From: Marsupella aquatica
Lineage: Eukaryota > Plantae > Marchantiophyta
Assembly (NCBI GenBank): GCA_973895155.1
Contig: OZ316894.1
Location: forward strand, 7,402,234 to 7,466,233
Length of the DNA stretch: 64,000 nt
Direction of reading: 5' to 3'
A model generated the notes under the pieces. That model saw only the letters and a list, made by a program, of their open reading frames with translations, was not told the DNA's origin and searched no databases. The stretch's first letter is position 1, and each line of letters begins with the position of its first letter. Position numbers and translations under genes: made by a program. Shown piece by piece: positions 10,551-23,100 of this stretch.

Positions 10551-12735
10551 ACGAGGAAGTTGAGGACTTATCCCAGGAGTTGGAGGAGGCCAAAGATAAG
10601 ATGATCAGGTTGTAGAGGCGTACAGATAATCAAACGGAGAAGTTGAGGAAGTATGCCAAAGCTTGGGGGCCTCAAATCCAAGGGGTGTCCCATATCACGC
10701 TCGAAGTTTTGGGGGAATAAACCTCGGGGGGTTGACTATCAAAAATCTTATGAACCACGTGCGATCCAAAATAGGTATTTTTGATAGAAATTAACTAAGT
10801 TTTTAAAAAGCATAGGAGGCAAAAGAAGGTATTATAAACTCATGTTTATAGAATATTCTCTAATATATACATTTTATAAAGTAAAATAGGTTATTAATAT
10901 TAAAAATGGAGAATATTCTTGGGATATTTTCTTTATAAAATATGTCTATTTATATTAGGCTAGGATCGCACGTGGTACCCCAAAATATACACTTAGTTAA
11001 CCCCCCGAGGAATAAACACTCTAAAAGTTAAGTCAATTTAGTTTTTTTAAGGAATTTTGTAACCCCTAACTTAATGGAATATTCCAAGAATATTCCCATA
11101 TTTGATTAAAAAAACCCTATGATTCTTATAATTCTCAAAATTGGATTAAAATAACCGTAATTTTCTTCAACAAAAATTTAAAAGTATTTCACTAAACCCA
11201 AAAAAAAACCTTATACTTATTCACGCGTGATGGGTCGGAAGAAAAGAAGTGAGGACCCCGGGTGCCCAAAGCAGGACGAGGATCACCGACTAGACGGTCT
11301 CCCGCTAGTGGCATGGTAGCCAGGAATACTGAGATGCCGAAGCCAACATCGATGTTGTCAAAGGTAACTGGGTGTAAGGCAATGCAGTTGGTTGCGGATC
11401 TGGCCAAAACATTCATGGGGCCAACAGGTACTTATGAAGTACCTCTCAAGGCCACTCCAGAAGAGGTTGAAAGTACTATGGCCGCTCACATTTGTGGGAC
11501 TGTTACTACAAAGGCAGCCGTGGTTGATATAAGTAATGCCAATAAACTTGGAGCTACGGTAACAGGTCAGACACAGGTACAACTACCATGGACTACCAGA
11601 ATGTGAAGCCGTGGAAGATCGAGACCGAGCGCATTGGAGAGCAGGCTTGGATTGAGGAAGTGAAGGCCAACGCTATCCAAGTCGTTTCCCAGGAGGATGT
11701 TGCCAAGGCTGATGCCGCTAAACCAGAACCCGAAGTCAAGGAAGCCAAAGGGAGCAAGCCGGAGCCGATTGCAGGAGAAGGTGTAGAGTCGGAAGATTTG
11801 GGTTTACCCCCGGTCATCTGACAATTAAGGAGGGCCAGTTGTCGGTTGGAGGGAGGACGTAGCGGAAGGAGAAGGGCTTGGGCCAGAAGGGCGCGACCGT
11901 TGTAGGATAGGGACAGGGCAAGTAGTGCCCTGTTGGCTTAGGTAGTATTAAGTGTCCGGGTCCCTCAGGATTCCGGTTTTGCCAAGTTGTTTTTGTTTTA
12001 GTTAATTAGGAAGATTATCACGGTGGAAGGCCGTGATTGGTGGTTTAGATTTCCGCTAATTCTCGTGGATGCGCTGCAAGGATAAAAACCTGGGCAGCGT
12101 GGCTTGGGGGGCTTTTTCTTAGTCAAGACTCTAGTGTAAAATCAGTATTACTAGCACAGGAAGCTCTCGGCTAAATCTAGACAGCGGATTATCAGTAAAA
12201 CACAAGTTCCCATGGATTTCTGTGCAATTGTTTGAATTGAGTTGGCCTTGTTGCCTAGTTTGCAGATTCTTGCCAACATGGCGTTGTGTGTTGTGATACT
12301 CGTTGCTTGATCGATTTAAGTCAGATAGAGTGATACTGTGAAGCTAATACGATCGCATTAATGTCTTGATTGGAGACTACCAAACCAAACTCTAAGAGAA
12401 AAGTGAGGATTGAGAGTGTTTTGTTGGTTAAAGTGTGGGTTGAGTCGGTCTAAGAAAAACCTTCAGCCGGCTTAAGAGATTAAGCCGTAGAGGTACATTC
12501 TGGGGGCGGAATACAAACATACCCGACCAAGTCAAATAAGGAATTAGGCATCTCAGCTATACACAATTCACAAGTCCAGTGAAAGAATCGGTCCAGCAAA
12601 GTGTGGATCGACGATTAGACCGCGCGCGTTTCCAAGCTGGATAGCAGCCAAACCGCCAGAAGCCAGCCTTAAGTTAGTGGTTTTAGCCGGTTGCGGGTGG
12701 TTCTTGGGGTTAGAGGTGTTGGGAAATGCACCACA
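10551..12735 (+). mobile_element. Diverged family A relative (3' part), carrying an AT-rich insertion at ~10690-11230
   Basis: Encodes QELEEAKDKMIRL*RRTDNQTEKLRK (family A: EELEEITRKMENLQRRADNQTERLKK); shares GATAA...ACCTGGGCAGCG, GAAGCTCTCGG and GAGTTGGCCT blocks; ends ...GCACCACA at 12735. Confidence 0.75.
10723..11009. mobile_element. 287-bp MITE with 8-bp TSD
   Basis: TIR CTCGGGGGGTT(G/A)ACTA, inner inverted repeat ACCACGTGCGATCC, TSD GAATAAAC (10715-10722 and 11010-11017). Confidence 0.85.
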
Positions 12736-13495
12736 TGCATCTTGAGGTTGCTGCTGAGGAAATAATATTAAGATAAATTATCAAGAGTAGTATGTTATGT
12801 TGTGAGCTGACTAAGATCATGTTTGGATAAATGAATAGTCATCATGAACATTTGATCCACATATATCATTGATCTTCCACCTATCTTTATATCACCAGCA
12901 ACAATTGCACCTAACTAAGTTGTATCACATCCCTCATGTTGTTAGATGCGGGGTTAGATGCAAACTCCTTTCTAGCTATTACACATGCACAGATAGTTGC
13001 ACCAAGAATAACTTTAGAAACATAGTTGAAAGAATGTGGGTGGCTTGTGTGAAAACTAAAATTAATGAAAACTGCGGTACAATAAATATTCAAACCGGAA
13101 GACATCAACCATATTATCTTCACTTTAACCTACATTGCAGTTTGGGCAACCGCAACTGCTCTTCAACAGTTATCCCTATGGTATATTGACCGTCCAGTGT
13201 TGGGTCTCATTTCTGACAATGCTGTTGTGGTTCCGGCACGGTTCACCATAAATTTCACAAGAGTTGTTGTTGGTCAGAGTATCAAGCTGCAAAACTCATC
13301 ATAGGAACGTTACAAGAACTTATGACACAAAAGTGTCAGAGGGGTCCTAGTTGGTAACAATACTCCTAAGGGCCCTATAATTATGTAAAAACGTAATGCC
13401 AGGGGTCTCATCAAGCATATACCTCCTATAAACATATTGTTCTTTTCTATCACTAAGTGTTGTTTGTTCCACTTCTCTGCCCCCCTTCTCTTGCA

Positions 13496-13811
13496 ACCAC
13501 TTTTTGGTGTGCTGTGTATGTGGCAAGTGCACATAGACAGTTTATCTTCAGGACTTTCCATACCACCAATGGACAGGATTGTTAGTTTATAGGATTGAAT
13601 GTTGGTTCTTCTACTTCTCCAACAACTACTTTTGATGTTCATATAGGTTAACCTATTTGCTATAGTGGGGGAATCTTGGACTTTTTGGCTTGTTGGTCGT
13701 TTTCCCTTGTCTGGGTCTCCTGGCTTTGGGAGACTCATTGGTGGTATGGAAAGTCCTGAAGATAAACTGTCTATGTGCACTTGCCACATACACAGCACAC
13801 CAAAAAGTGGT
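13496..13811. repeat. Perfect 76-bp inverted repeat with 164-bp spacer
   Basis: 13496-13571 is the reverse complement of 13736-13811; no TSD evident. Confidence 0.9.
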
Positions 13812-14306
13812 GGTCTTCAAGCACAATGTGAACCTACTGTACTACTTTCATACCACTACAAATCCTATTGTTACTTTATGACCAAGTATTGTTTATTCTA
13901 CTTCTCCGGCCAGTACTTGTTGATGTGCTACTTGGCAAGTCCACATTCATTTAACCAAATTTGCATACCAGGATCAACTCATCAGGGCTCCTCAAAGCTT
14001 GGAACTTATGCATGATGACATTCCACCATATTAAAGCAAATGAATGGTCATAATTTTTTCTCAAGTTTATGTAAATGTATTTTTTGTTTTTTTCTGTCAG
14101 CAGCATCTAGCCTCGCATCTAGCGCGGCAATCCTCATGGCCAAAAGGTATGCACTATAAATAATCCCTAACTTTTTGTGTGAAATAAAGCATCACTACTG
14201 TTGTGAGTTGAGGTCCGTTTGCTTTGAGGCTCCCTAATTGTTTATTTGATATAGTTAAGTGTTGTTTACTTGTTTGTTCCATTTCGCTGGTGACTCTGGA
14301 GTTTAC

Positions 14307-14830
14307 TCTGGGGCCCATCAAGTAGAGATTCTCATTTTGGGGGTCCATAGTAAAGATTCTCATTTTGGGGTCCATCAAGTCATCAAGAATATGTCTCCTT
14401 TTCGAGGTGACCACTTCGCTGGTGACAGATACCACTGTAGATGGACCCCTAAATAGAAAAGTGTTGATAATGGACCCTAAGAGGCCTCATGAGATTTTAG
14501 GACCTTTGATTTACCCTGCTGGTAATCACACATCAAGATGTGGCTGCATTCACTGATTGAAAGAAAAAAACTAGGGTTATCACTGTATGCAGGGTGTCAT
14601 ACATCGTATATGTCATATTTTGATGTGCAGTTACCCAGACCCGTTGATTTAAGGTCGTCATATTTTGATGTGCAGTTACCCAGACCCATTGATTTAAGGT
14701 CTATCAAGGGTATGGATCATTCTGGGGCCATCAAGTAATTTTTTTTATTTTGGGGGTCCATCAAGTAAAGATTCTCATTTTGAGGTCCATCAAGTCATCA
14801 AGAATATGTCTCCTTTTCGAGGTGACCACT
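14307..14830. repeat. ~110-bp direct repeats flanking a 45-bp tandem duplication
   Basis: ...CCATCAAGTCATCAAGAATATGTCTCCTTTTCGAGGTGACCACT at ~14372 and ~14787; GTCATATTTTGATGTGCAGTTACCCAGACCC twice at 14612 and 14657. Confidence 0.75.
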
Positions 14831-14964
14831 TTTTGATGTGCAGTGACCAATCTGTCGTGTCACAGGCTTGCTGGTACACTCTCGTACTCTCGTAGTATCC
14901 CGTCGAACTGAATCGAGCAGTCGAACGCTCTTTCAGGATCAACTTCTCTACAAGGTTTCTGGTG

Positions 14965-15218
14965 ATACAAACGGAGAATACTGGTACAGTTGGGCCTTTT
15001 GGAGGCTAGCAACTCGAATACCCATTTCCACCCGAGCATTTTTTGTAGTATACAAACGGAGAATACTGGTACATTTTGGCCTTTGGAGGCTAGTAACTCG
15101 AATACCCATTTCCACCCGAGCATTTTTTGTAATATACAAACGGAGAATAATGGTACATTTTGGCCTTTGGAGGCTAGTAACTCGAATACCCATTTTACAC
15201 CCGAGCATTTTTTGTAAT
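14965..15218. repeat. 84-85-bp tandem repeat, 3 units
   Basis: ATACAAACGGAGAATA at 14965, 15050 and 15134. Confidence 0.9.
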
Positions 15219-16107
15219 CTCCACAAAGACGGAGTTATGGAGTCGTGCGGTGATGCTAGCTCCATGTGTCATTCGCGAAAAGGCAATCTCGAGGCCGAGC
15301 CTCAGGTACACACCTGCCCGCGCTTACTGTCCGCCCCTTCACAATTTTTTTGACACAACTGGTTTCTAACCCAGGACCTCCTGACTCACTGAGGGGTGCT
15401 ATCATCACTGACGGGTGCTATCATTGAATCTCTCCACAATTCGTGACACCATCTTTCGCATTAGGTATTGTATCTTAAAATCAGATATAGTACATACAAG
15501 CAACACTGACGAGCATTAATTATCCTCGACATTGGCTTTCATCCACGCACTAATCATAAGTCTGATCGCATATACCGTCTCGTTAGACGTTTGTGATTCT
15601 TTTTGGAGTTTTCGATCAACGGGCAGCCCACAAGACCATCAGAAGACGCGTCGAGAGAGGGATCCGGGTCCGATGAAACCATCCGAGATCGACCAAGCTG
15701 CAGTGAAACCCCATCATGGATCACAGGAGGTCTAGCGAAAAACAGACATCACCTACAGAGCGTTCTCGAAATTTACCTCATCGCGGGCGAGGGCAAAAAA
15801 TTCTCTCCGAATCCTGCTATAGAGAACTCTTGGAACAATTAAAAAGCTATAGCTGATTGAGCCTATGGCTCTAGAGTAGACTGGCGTGCAAAGATGCCGA
15901 AACTCATTGCAGGCACTGATCCTTGCGCAGGAGAGGGTGCCGTGGTGTGAATTTGTCGTTTGGCTTGTGTTCCCTGTTGGTGCCAGCTCTTAAGGAGCTT
16001 GCAAGGCTCCATTGAGCGATACCATGGGGGGCAGCTTCTCATTTGGCTACTGTAAATACGTAGACGAGAACTCCTAAGTTAAGTTCATTACTTAGGAGCT
16101 TGTAGCA

Positions 16108-17534
16108 ATGGAAGGAACGAACGGTGCGATCTCGCCTGTGCTTCTTCTGGTCATATCGCTGGCGCTGCTAGTGTTTTCATTGCTGTTTCTAAATAGCAGG
16201 CGCAATTCTCGACTTACAAGCAAGCTGCCGCCAGGTTCTGATGGCTGGACCGTCCCAGGGATTGGAGAAACTCCCGTCTTCATGACGAACCCATTCAAAT
16301 TTCTGGACCAGAAACGAGAAAAATATGGAGTTTTCAGAACAAGCCTTTTCGGGCAGACTTCGATTGTGTTATCCTCTCCTGAATCCGCCAGATTTGTGCT
16401 CGTGGAAGCGCAGAAGTCTTTCAGGAATGGGTACCGAGCCGCCATAGGCAAAATCACTGATCCAGCAATGTGTTTCACGAATACCGAAACTAATTTCCGT
16501 GTTCGCAGGCTTATTGCATCAAGCTTGGGCCCTGAAAACGTCCATCGTCATATCCCGGCCTACGACGCGCTCGTGCTGTCGGTCATGGATACCTGGAAGG
16601 ACGGAGCTACTCTTCACACCTTCACGGAAATGGAGGCAATGACGTTGAAATGTTTCCTGCACCTTCTCTGGGGTCAGGCGGATCTCCAGCACAAGTATGC
16701 TGAGGTTGGGAGACTCCACACGACTATGAGTAACGGGTACTTAGCACCGTTCCCTATCAACCTTCCTTTCACTGCATATGGGAAGGCTTTGAAGGCAAGC
16801 GGAGAGTTCCAGCAAATTTTGACAGACAGAATTGCACAAGCTCGGGAAGAAGGGAGTAAGAATCATGACGTCGTTAGTGCATTGATAGAGTCAAAAATGG
16901 AAGATGGGTTCCGGTTAAGGGACGAGCAAATAAGGTCTGTCATCACAAGTCTGGTTTCGCTGGATACCGGAGCACGGCAATTACACTGGTATGGGTTTTC
17001 AAGTTCCTGCATGACAACCCTGAGGTGTTGGCAGAGGTTAAGGAGGAGCACATGGCCATCCGAAATGCCAAAATGTCTGATCGTGAGGCATTGACTTGGG
17101 ATGATGTGAAGAAAATGTCACTGACGATGAAAGTCATTAAAGAAACACAGAGGCTTGCCCCGTTTGTTAAATTCATGCCCCGGGTGTCCCTTGAAGATGT
17201 GGAGCATAATGGATACGTTATTCCTAAGGGTTGGCGGACTTTTGTGAGCTACCATTTTCACATGGATCCAAATTTGTATCCAGATCCTCTGAAGTTTGAC
17301 CCTTCCAGATTTAACGAACCCGTAAAGCCCAGCACTTTCATTCCATTTGGGAGTGGTCGACACCTGTGTGTTGGATTCGAGTTTGCACTCACGATGATAC
17401 CCCTGATCATACATCGTGTCGTCACAAATTTCAGTTTCGAGCTTGACGGAGAGGACGGAGTGATTTTCTGGCCCGCCTACATTCCAAAGAATGGCTACCC
17501 ACTCAAGATCAGGCGCCTGAACCGACAAGTTTAG
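16108..17534 (+). pseudogene. Intronless cytochrome P450, CYP85-clan-like, with a 1-bp frameshift at ~16954-16957
   Basis: N-terminal TM anchor, LPPGSDGW hinge, I-helix FAGYRST (restored by +1 nt), ETQR, PSRF, heme motif FGSGRHLCVG. Confidence 0.9.
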
Positions 17535-19095
17535 CTAGCGCGGGAACTTTGCGTGCGGGATATCAAAGCATTGGAGCCACGAAGTTTCGTTGGGTCAGTT
17601 GTCCTTCACACTACGGGTTCGGGTTTTTTGCCCCTCACTCGACTCCTGCTCGTCAGTGGATGATGGTCAATCAGCAACAAATAATCGAACTGTCGCGCTC
17701 TGATAGGTGAATTTTTAGTCAGAAGAGTCTTCTTGTGTACACTATTATTTAGCTTGGTATTGTAGTTCGCATTGTGGTTGGAAGCTTAGAACTTTGTGGC
17801 CATGATTTCCCTTTGGCTTTGGCCATGAATTCGACAGAAATTCAGATTCGTGTCCTTCGGCATGGCCTTTACCGTACGCAAGTTCATAGACTCAAGTTCT
17901 ATGACTATATGCTGTGATTTCACAAAAACTTGAGAGATTTGTTGGACCAGTACTGTGCTTCAATTCTTCTTCTGCCAAAAGTTGACAGAATGCTGCCTAA
18001 TTGTACATGTTATCTTGATTGCACAAACTTGAATTGGTTCCATGATTCCATAACTAGGGAGGATCTCAAGGTTGGATCGAAATGGGAGCTTCGAGAAGCA
18101 TTGGGATACGTTGATCAGATTTCAGCGTCAAATGTTGTGCAAGTACTATAGGTAGAGAATGGAGTCCCATTGAATGTTGTCAAACTCTTTCTCTGATGGG
18201 ATGAATGTGTCTGGAAGGTGACGCCAATTGATTGGATGCGCCCCCGGCGTGAGGCCTACAATTTATTCATTTTGGCGGATCGCGACTGAAGTTGAAGCCC
18301 AGATGGAACCTCGCCCTTGAACCTCATATATCTCTCGGATGACAGTCAGATTGAGAGACTCAAAAAATCTGCACTGCCTCCTAAATCCACACTCGTATAT
18401 ACTTCGACTCATGCAAGGTTAGCTCAGATTTTCCCTGGTTAGAAGAGGGGAGTCAGTCCTTCTAGGAGGCTACCAACGACCACGCTTCCACTAGAATCGA
18501 CAGCATTCGTCTGTCGAACACCAATAAGCTGCAGTTAAAAGATGAGGTAAAGCAACGAGGTCTGCCGTGTCAGTACATTGAACCCGCCGCGAATAGATTT
18601 GGGTACGTTTTACACATTGACATTTCAGATCGCAAACCAGGAATTCTATTCGGTTTTGCAAGCAGATAAAAAAATTCAGAGCGGATTGTTCAGGACTTGG
18701 CATGCGAAGTTTCACAAATTTTCTTGACTAATTTCTAAGCTTTTGGATTGACGGTAATCTCTAGAACACTTTTTTGGAACTGGAGCAATCGAGAAGACTT
18801 ATCAGTGGGTTTTAGCAAGGTCCAGAGAATTGGTTTACAGTTCTGGATCACTTTGACTTAATTGGTACTCATTCGAGTTGTAAATCAATTCGCATTTCCA
18901 GGCTTGCTAACGATGAGGAGAGCTCACGGAGAGCACAGATAGCGCAGCGACCACTACCCAGAAAAAACAGCGGTAGCCGAAAGTATACTGAAAAAGTTAC
19001 ATGGTTTCCCTCAAATTGTTCAAATGGCTTAAACCACTAGTGGGAGAAGTGTCCAAGATTTATCCCTTTTTCACATTACTCTCCTCTCTCGTTTT

Positions 19096-19372
19096 AACAT
19101 TCCTCTACTTTGCTCCATAATCTGCTCCATAATCTCAGTAAAAAATACTGAAAATGGTGAAATCTGCAAACTCCTCTACTTTGCTCCATAATTTCAGGAA
19201 AAAATACTGTCCAACCAGGTTTTGGTTTTTTGGTCATGATTGGTGACTCTTTAAAGACCAAAGACAAAACAAACATTCCTCTACATTGCTCCGTAATTTC
19301 AGGAAAAATACTGTCCAACAAGGTGTTTTTGTCATGACTGGTGGCTCTTTAAAGGCTAAAGACAAAACAAAA
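19096..19372. repeat. Degenerate ~100-bp tandem repeat
   Basis: TCCTCTAC(T/A)TTGCTCC(A/G)TAAT three times; AAAGACAAAACAAA twice. Confidence 0.75.
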
Positions 19373-19746
19373 TGTAATTTTCGAGGAATTGTACGGTGCG
19401 AGGAAGCAGGAGATTTTGCTAGTGAGGCAACATTGTTAGCGAAGCATTCTGGCGGATAAATTTCTCTCACATTCCATGAAAACAATGCCCAAACAGTCTC
19501 AGTTTTCCACCTCTTACAATAATGAAAAGAATATGACAATGAAAAATCCTGCATGATTTTCATAAGTATTCCATACTTGAGCCACACACGTTTTAATCAT
19601 CTAAAAAGGATCACCAAAACTAGAAACTCCCATCAAAATATGGAACCTCTTTACATTGAAAGTGTGGATCGCCAACAACTTCAAGACAGAAAAACGGTAA
19701 GAGTCAACTTCGACCAGTACATCCAGTCCTACTTCCTCTTACTTGT

Positions 19747-20184
19747 TCAGTCATAAACTTCATCCTCTGATTCATCAGAGATGTCACTACTACTAGGATC
19801 GCTACTGGTCTCCCTCTCCGTGGACTCGGCAGACTCATCTAAATACTGACGGACTGTCCCCGCCTCATTGTCGATAAACCTTGAACAATCCAGATATCTT
19901 CGAGCACCTCTCATGGACCGAAGTCCTTTCGATTCCCAAGTCAAGATAACAGGATCTTCATCAACCTGCCTCGCCGATGTCTCAGCATAGCACGGAAGAG
20001 TAAAAGGCTTCTCAGGAGTAACCACAATGGACTCCTGAACTTCCCTCCGAAGACGAAATCTCTCCTCAGAAAACCAATCCACCCTCCTATCACTGACGTA
20101 ACCACCGACATCAGTTGACGAAGAGCAACAAAATAAAGAAAACAAAAGAAACCAAATAGGGAGTCCGACATCAGAAGAGGCCAA
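19747..20184 (-). CDS. Hypothetical ORF with acidic Ser-rich tail (start uncertain, possibly an exon)
   Basis: 145-codon open frame beginning 5 nt after the ParB-MTase-like stop; non-ATG start. Confidence 0.3.
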   Translation of the reverse strand: MASSDVGLPIWFLLFSLFCCSSSTDVGGYVSDRRVDWFSEERFRLRREVQESIVVTPEKPFTLPCYAETSARQVDEDPVILTWESKGLRSMRGARRYLDCSRFIDNEAGTVRQYLDESAESTERETSSDPSSSDISDESEDEVYD

Positions 20185-20189
20185 GTACT

Positions 20190-23100
20190 TTACTCCAGGT
20201 CGAATTCGTCTTTCTCGCTTGAAGGCCCAGCCTGTTCATCCCCTGGAATCGTGAACTCATCCTCCGACCCAACATCTTGATTAACCTTGGCTGGCTGATC
20301 CCTAATCTGCTTTGCCTTGCTCGAATGCCTCGCCAGAACACTGTTTAAAAAAATTTCTGCACAGCAATGGAGAATGTCCCTGTCTTCAACACCGACAACA
20401 AATCTCCCGGAGAATTCTCCGGCAGAAAATGAGCTACCGTCACACACAGTCCAGTCAAGGACTATATCTTTGGGCTTCGTGAGGAATTCCATCACGGCTT
20501 GCATGAACCCAATTGAAAGCCTTTTCGATCCAGCAACAGCCGCTTCTGGACAGGGGTCAGTCTTAGGGTAACAAACACTCAACATTGACTTATGTCTTGC
20601 ATCTTCCGAAGACGTCAATGGAACATACGCTGGGTCTTTAGGAATCTTTGCACTAAATTCCACCCGACAAAAAACATCCAGGATGAGAGTGCACACCTGC
20701 ATAAAAACCAAAATACACCAGAAACAATGCTAACTTTGTTAGCGAGCTCGCTAGCATTAACTTAGTCGGAAAATAGAAAATTAACACCTAAACAAGATAT
20801 GTTTGGTAGCTGAAAATTATAATTTTGTTAGCGACATCGCTAGCATTAAAACTCTCAAGAAATTCAAGGGATAACTACCTCAATATCCATATCTGCCCTC
20901 CATAAAGGGGTGGACAACAAAACGGTATATTGCTGCACATGTTTGAATTTGTTTTTTTGCTCGACTGCCGTAAATATTTGCCTCATGTGATTGAAGTCTG
21001 AGCTGTGCAAGACAGCAACATATCCGTCGTCTAAAAGCATTGGTCTCATCACTCCAAAAAAATAATATGGGAGTTTCTCGCTCCAAACATTCCAAGACGG
21101 AACCTGTTTGTCTGTAACGCTTGTTTTATGCCCAGTTGGAAGAGAAATGAATCCCAAATGTGCTCCAATCCCAGCATAAGGCTTTCCATTAATTACAACA
21201 TGGTTCGGGCACTCTACGCTCTTCGAAATCCCAGTAATCCATCGATCTCCATCTCCCATCCAAGATGGCCTCACTTTACTTACGCTAATTGAGTTTGCAG
21301 TATCGGTCAAATTGCTACGAGCCAGGAAATGTCGCTGCCCATCCATCTTCAAACCACACATCCGAGCAACACCTTGAGCAACTGAAACTTCCTCATCGTC
21401 CGAATCTGAAAGAATCTGGATGTTCCGCTTCCATTTCAAACGTTTTATACTTCCTAAATCCGCTGCGCTCTTTGTTGTGACTTCGGCATCTGGGGACTGA
21501 GGTTCCTCACCATCATCTGCTCCACTCTTCAAACTCTCAGAAGCCGCTCCCTTCCTCCTCTCTGTGAAGCAAAAGACATTAGTGTCTGTATATTCGACAC
21601 ACATCCAGACTTAAAAATAAAAAGTAACATACAATTAACAGACTTACTTGGCTTTCCGGAAATCTGGGACCCATCTTTGGATGTGTCCTTCAATGCTCCT
21701 TTTCTTGGCTTCCGTGCTCGACTCCTATCCACTATGGCAGCTACACCAAGACAAGCTTTTTCCATCGCCTCGCAACCACCAACTTCAGCATCAGTGGGTG
21801 CCAATTTGGACTCGGAGATGTAAGATTCCGGAAGGAATCCTCGATTGATCATGTGAAGAGCTGCTTTCTCTACAGTGTCAAATGTCACAGACCATTTGTC
21901 CGAGTCCAAATACCATGGACAATGAAGAACCTCCCACTCGCTCAATCTCCTCGGAGCTTCACTTCCCTCGCAAGGAAACATACAATATTTCCCAAACTTA
22001 TCACTTGTAGGGTCCTCTTTAACCCCAGCTATCCATGGGGAGAAACAGGCTGGGTAGGACCACCAGTAAAATTTGTCTGCTACTTCTCTGTCTACAAAAA
22101 ATCGATATGTGTATCTCTTCGCTCTCCTCCGAAACAATGTAATGTCTACCTTCTCTCCTGTCTTGGGTGGCCAAATCTGCTTGAAAAAACGAGTTTTCAC
22201 ACGAGTTTGGAAATCCTCAAAATCCTCCTCAATGTCAAGGATTAGCGAAGCTTTCGTCTTCTTTGAAGACGTAAGGATCCTCGACTCAGGGACAGTAGGC
22301 ATTACCTCAGAAACAATTTCAGACATGAGGGAAGATGAAATTGACTCGACTTGCTCCCACACTGCCCAACGATGAAGCCAAAGCTTAGTCTCACCATCTG
22401 AGAATTGACCTGGATGAAAGAATTTTTTCCGAAGCTCAGGATGACACTGTGCCTCCAGGAGTGTACATCGGAGCTCTGGGGATAAAGAGGTCACACCAGT
22501 GAACAATCCAGCTCGATCAAGACCACAAGAAACATTTCCCCTGCCTTTGTCATCTATTCTCTGGGCCTCCTTTCTCTCGTTCTCGTAGTAGTTATGCATT
22601 TTGACACATTTCTTGAAAAAGTCTCCAAACTCAGGATTTAGTAATGGACCGATCTTTGGAACTTTCACATTCCAATCAGCAAGTTGTTCTTTCATCATGT
22701 CACGCATTGCTAAGTCCTGTGCAGCCTTGGAAAGGGGCTCGCCTTGAGCCTCCTTAAGAGCAAATTTCTTCTTAAGGTCCTCGGTCTGCGATGCAATGTT
22801 AGCAACGGATAGAATATAAGTGCAGGCATCCAGCGTCATGTTCTTCGAATACCATGCGGCCTTCCGCACATTGGCCATCTTCTGCTGGAAAAGTTTGTAA
22901 TTCTCAACGTCGATGATATCTTTGTAAACGGATAAGTCATTGTTCAGAATCTTCTAGACGCGTTCAGCCTCCAAAACCCAGGAATTCTCTACATGACATT
23001 GAGTTAACCTGCCACAACATGCCTCATGTTAGCGAGATCGCTAGCTGAAAGTGACTTGGTAAAAATGAAATTTCAGAACTATCTTATCATGAGAAGTCCC

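Noticed and set aside
10665-11259. Outer AT-rich insertion as a defined MITE
   Set aside because: Only short ambiguous inverted matches and no TSD; boundaries cannot be fixed.
14307-14830. TRIM mini-retrotransposon
   Set aside because: Direct repeats lack TG...CA ends, PBS, PPT and TSD.
13310-15353. ORFs of 100-160 aa in this interval
   Set aside because: They arise from inverted and tandem repeats and show no protein motifs.
15345-15425. tRNA gene or SINE head on the minus strand (GGAGGTCCTGGGTTAGAAACC)
   Set aside because: B-box is degenerate, there is no cloverleaf and no TSD; at most a decayed SINE.
18400-19100. Left TIR of element 2
   Set aside because: No match found to the reverse complement of the putative right end (GGGGAAAAATGAAGTCG) and no TSD.
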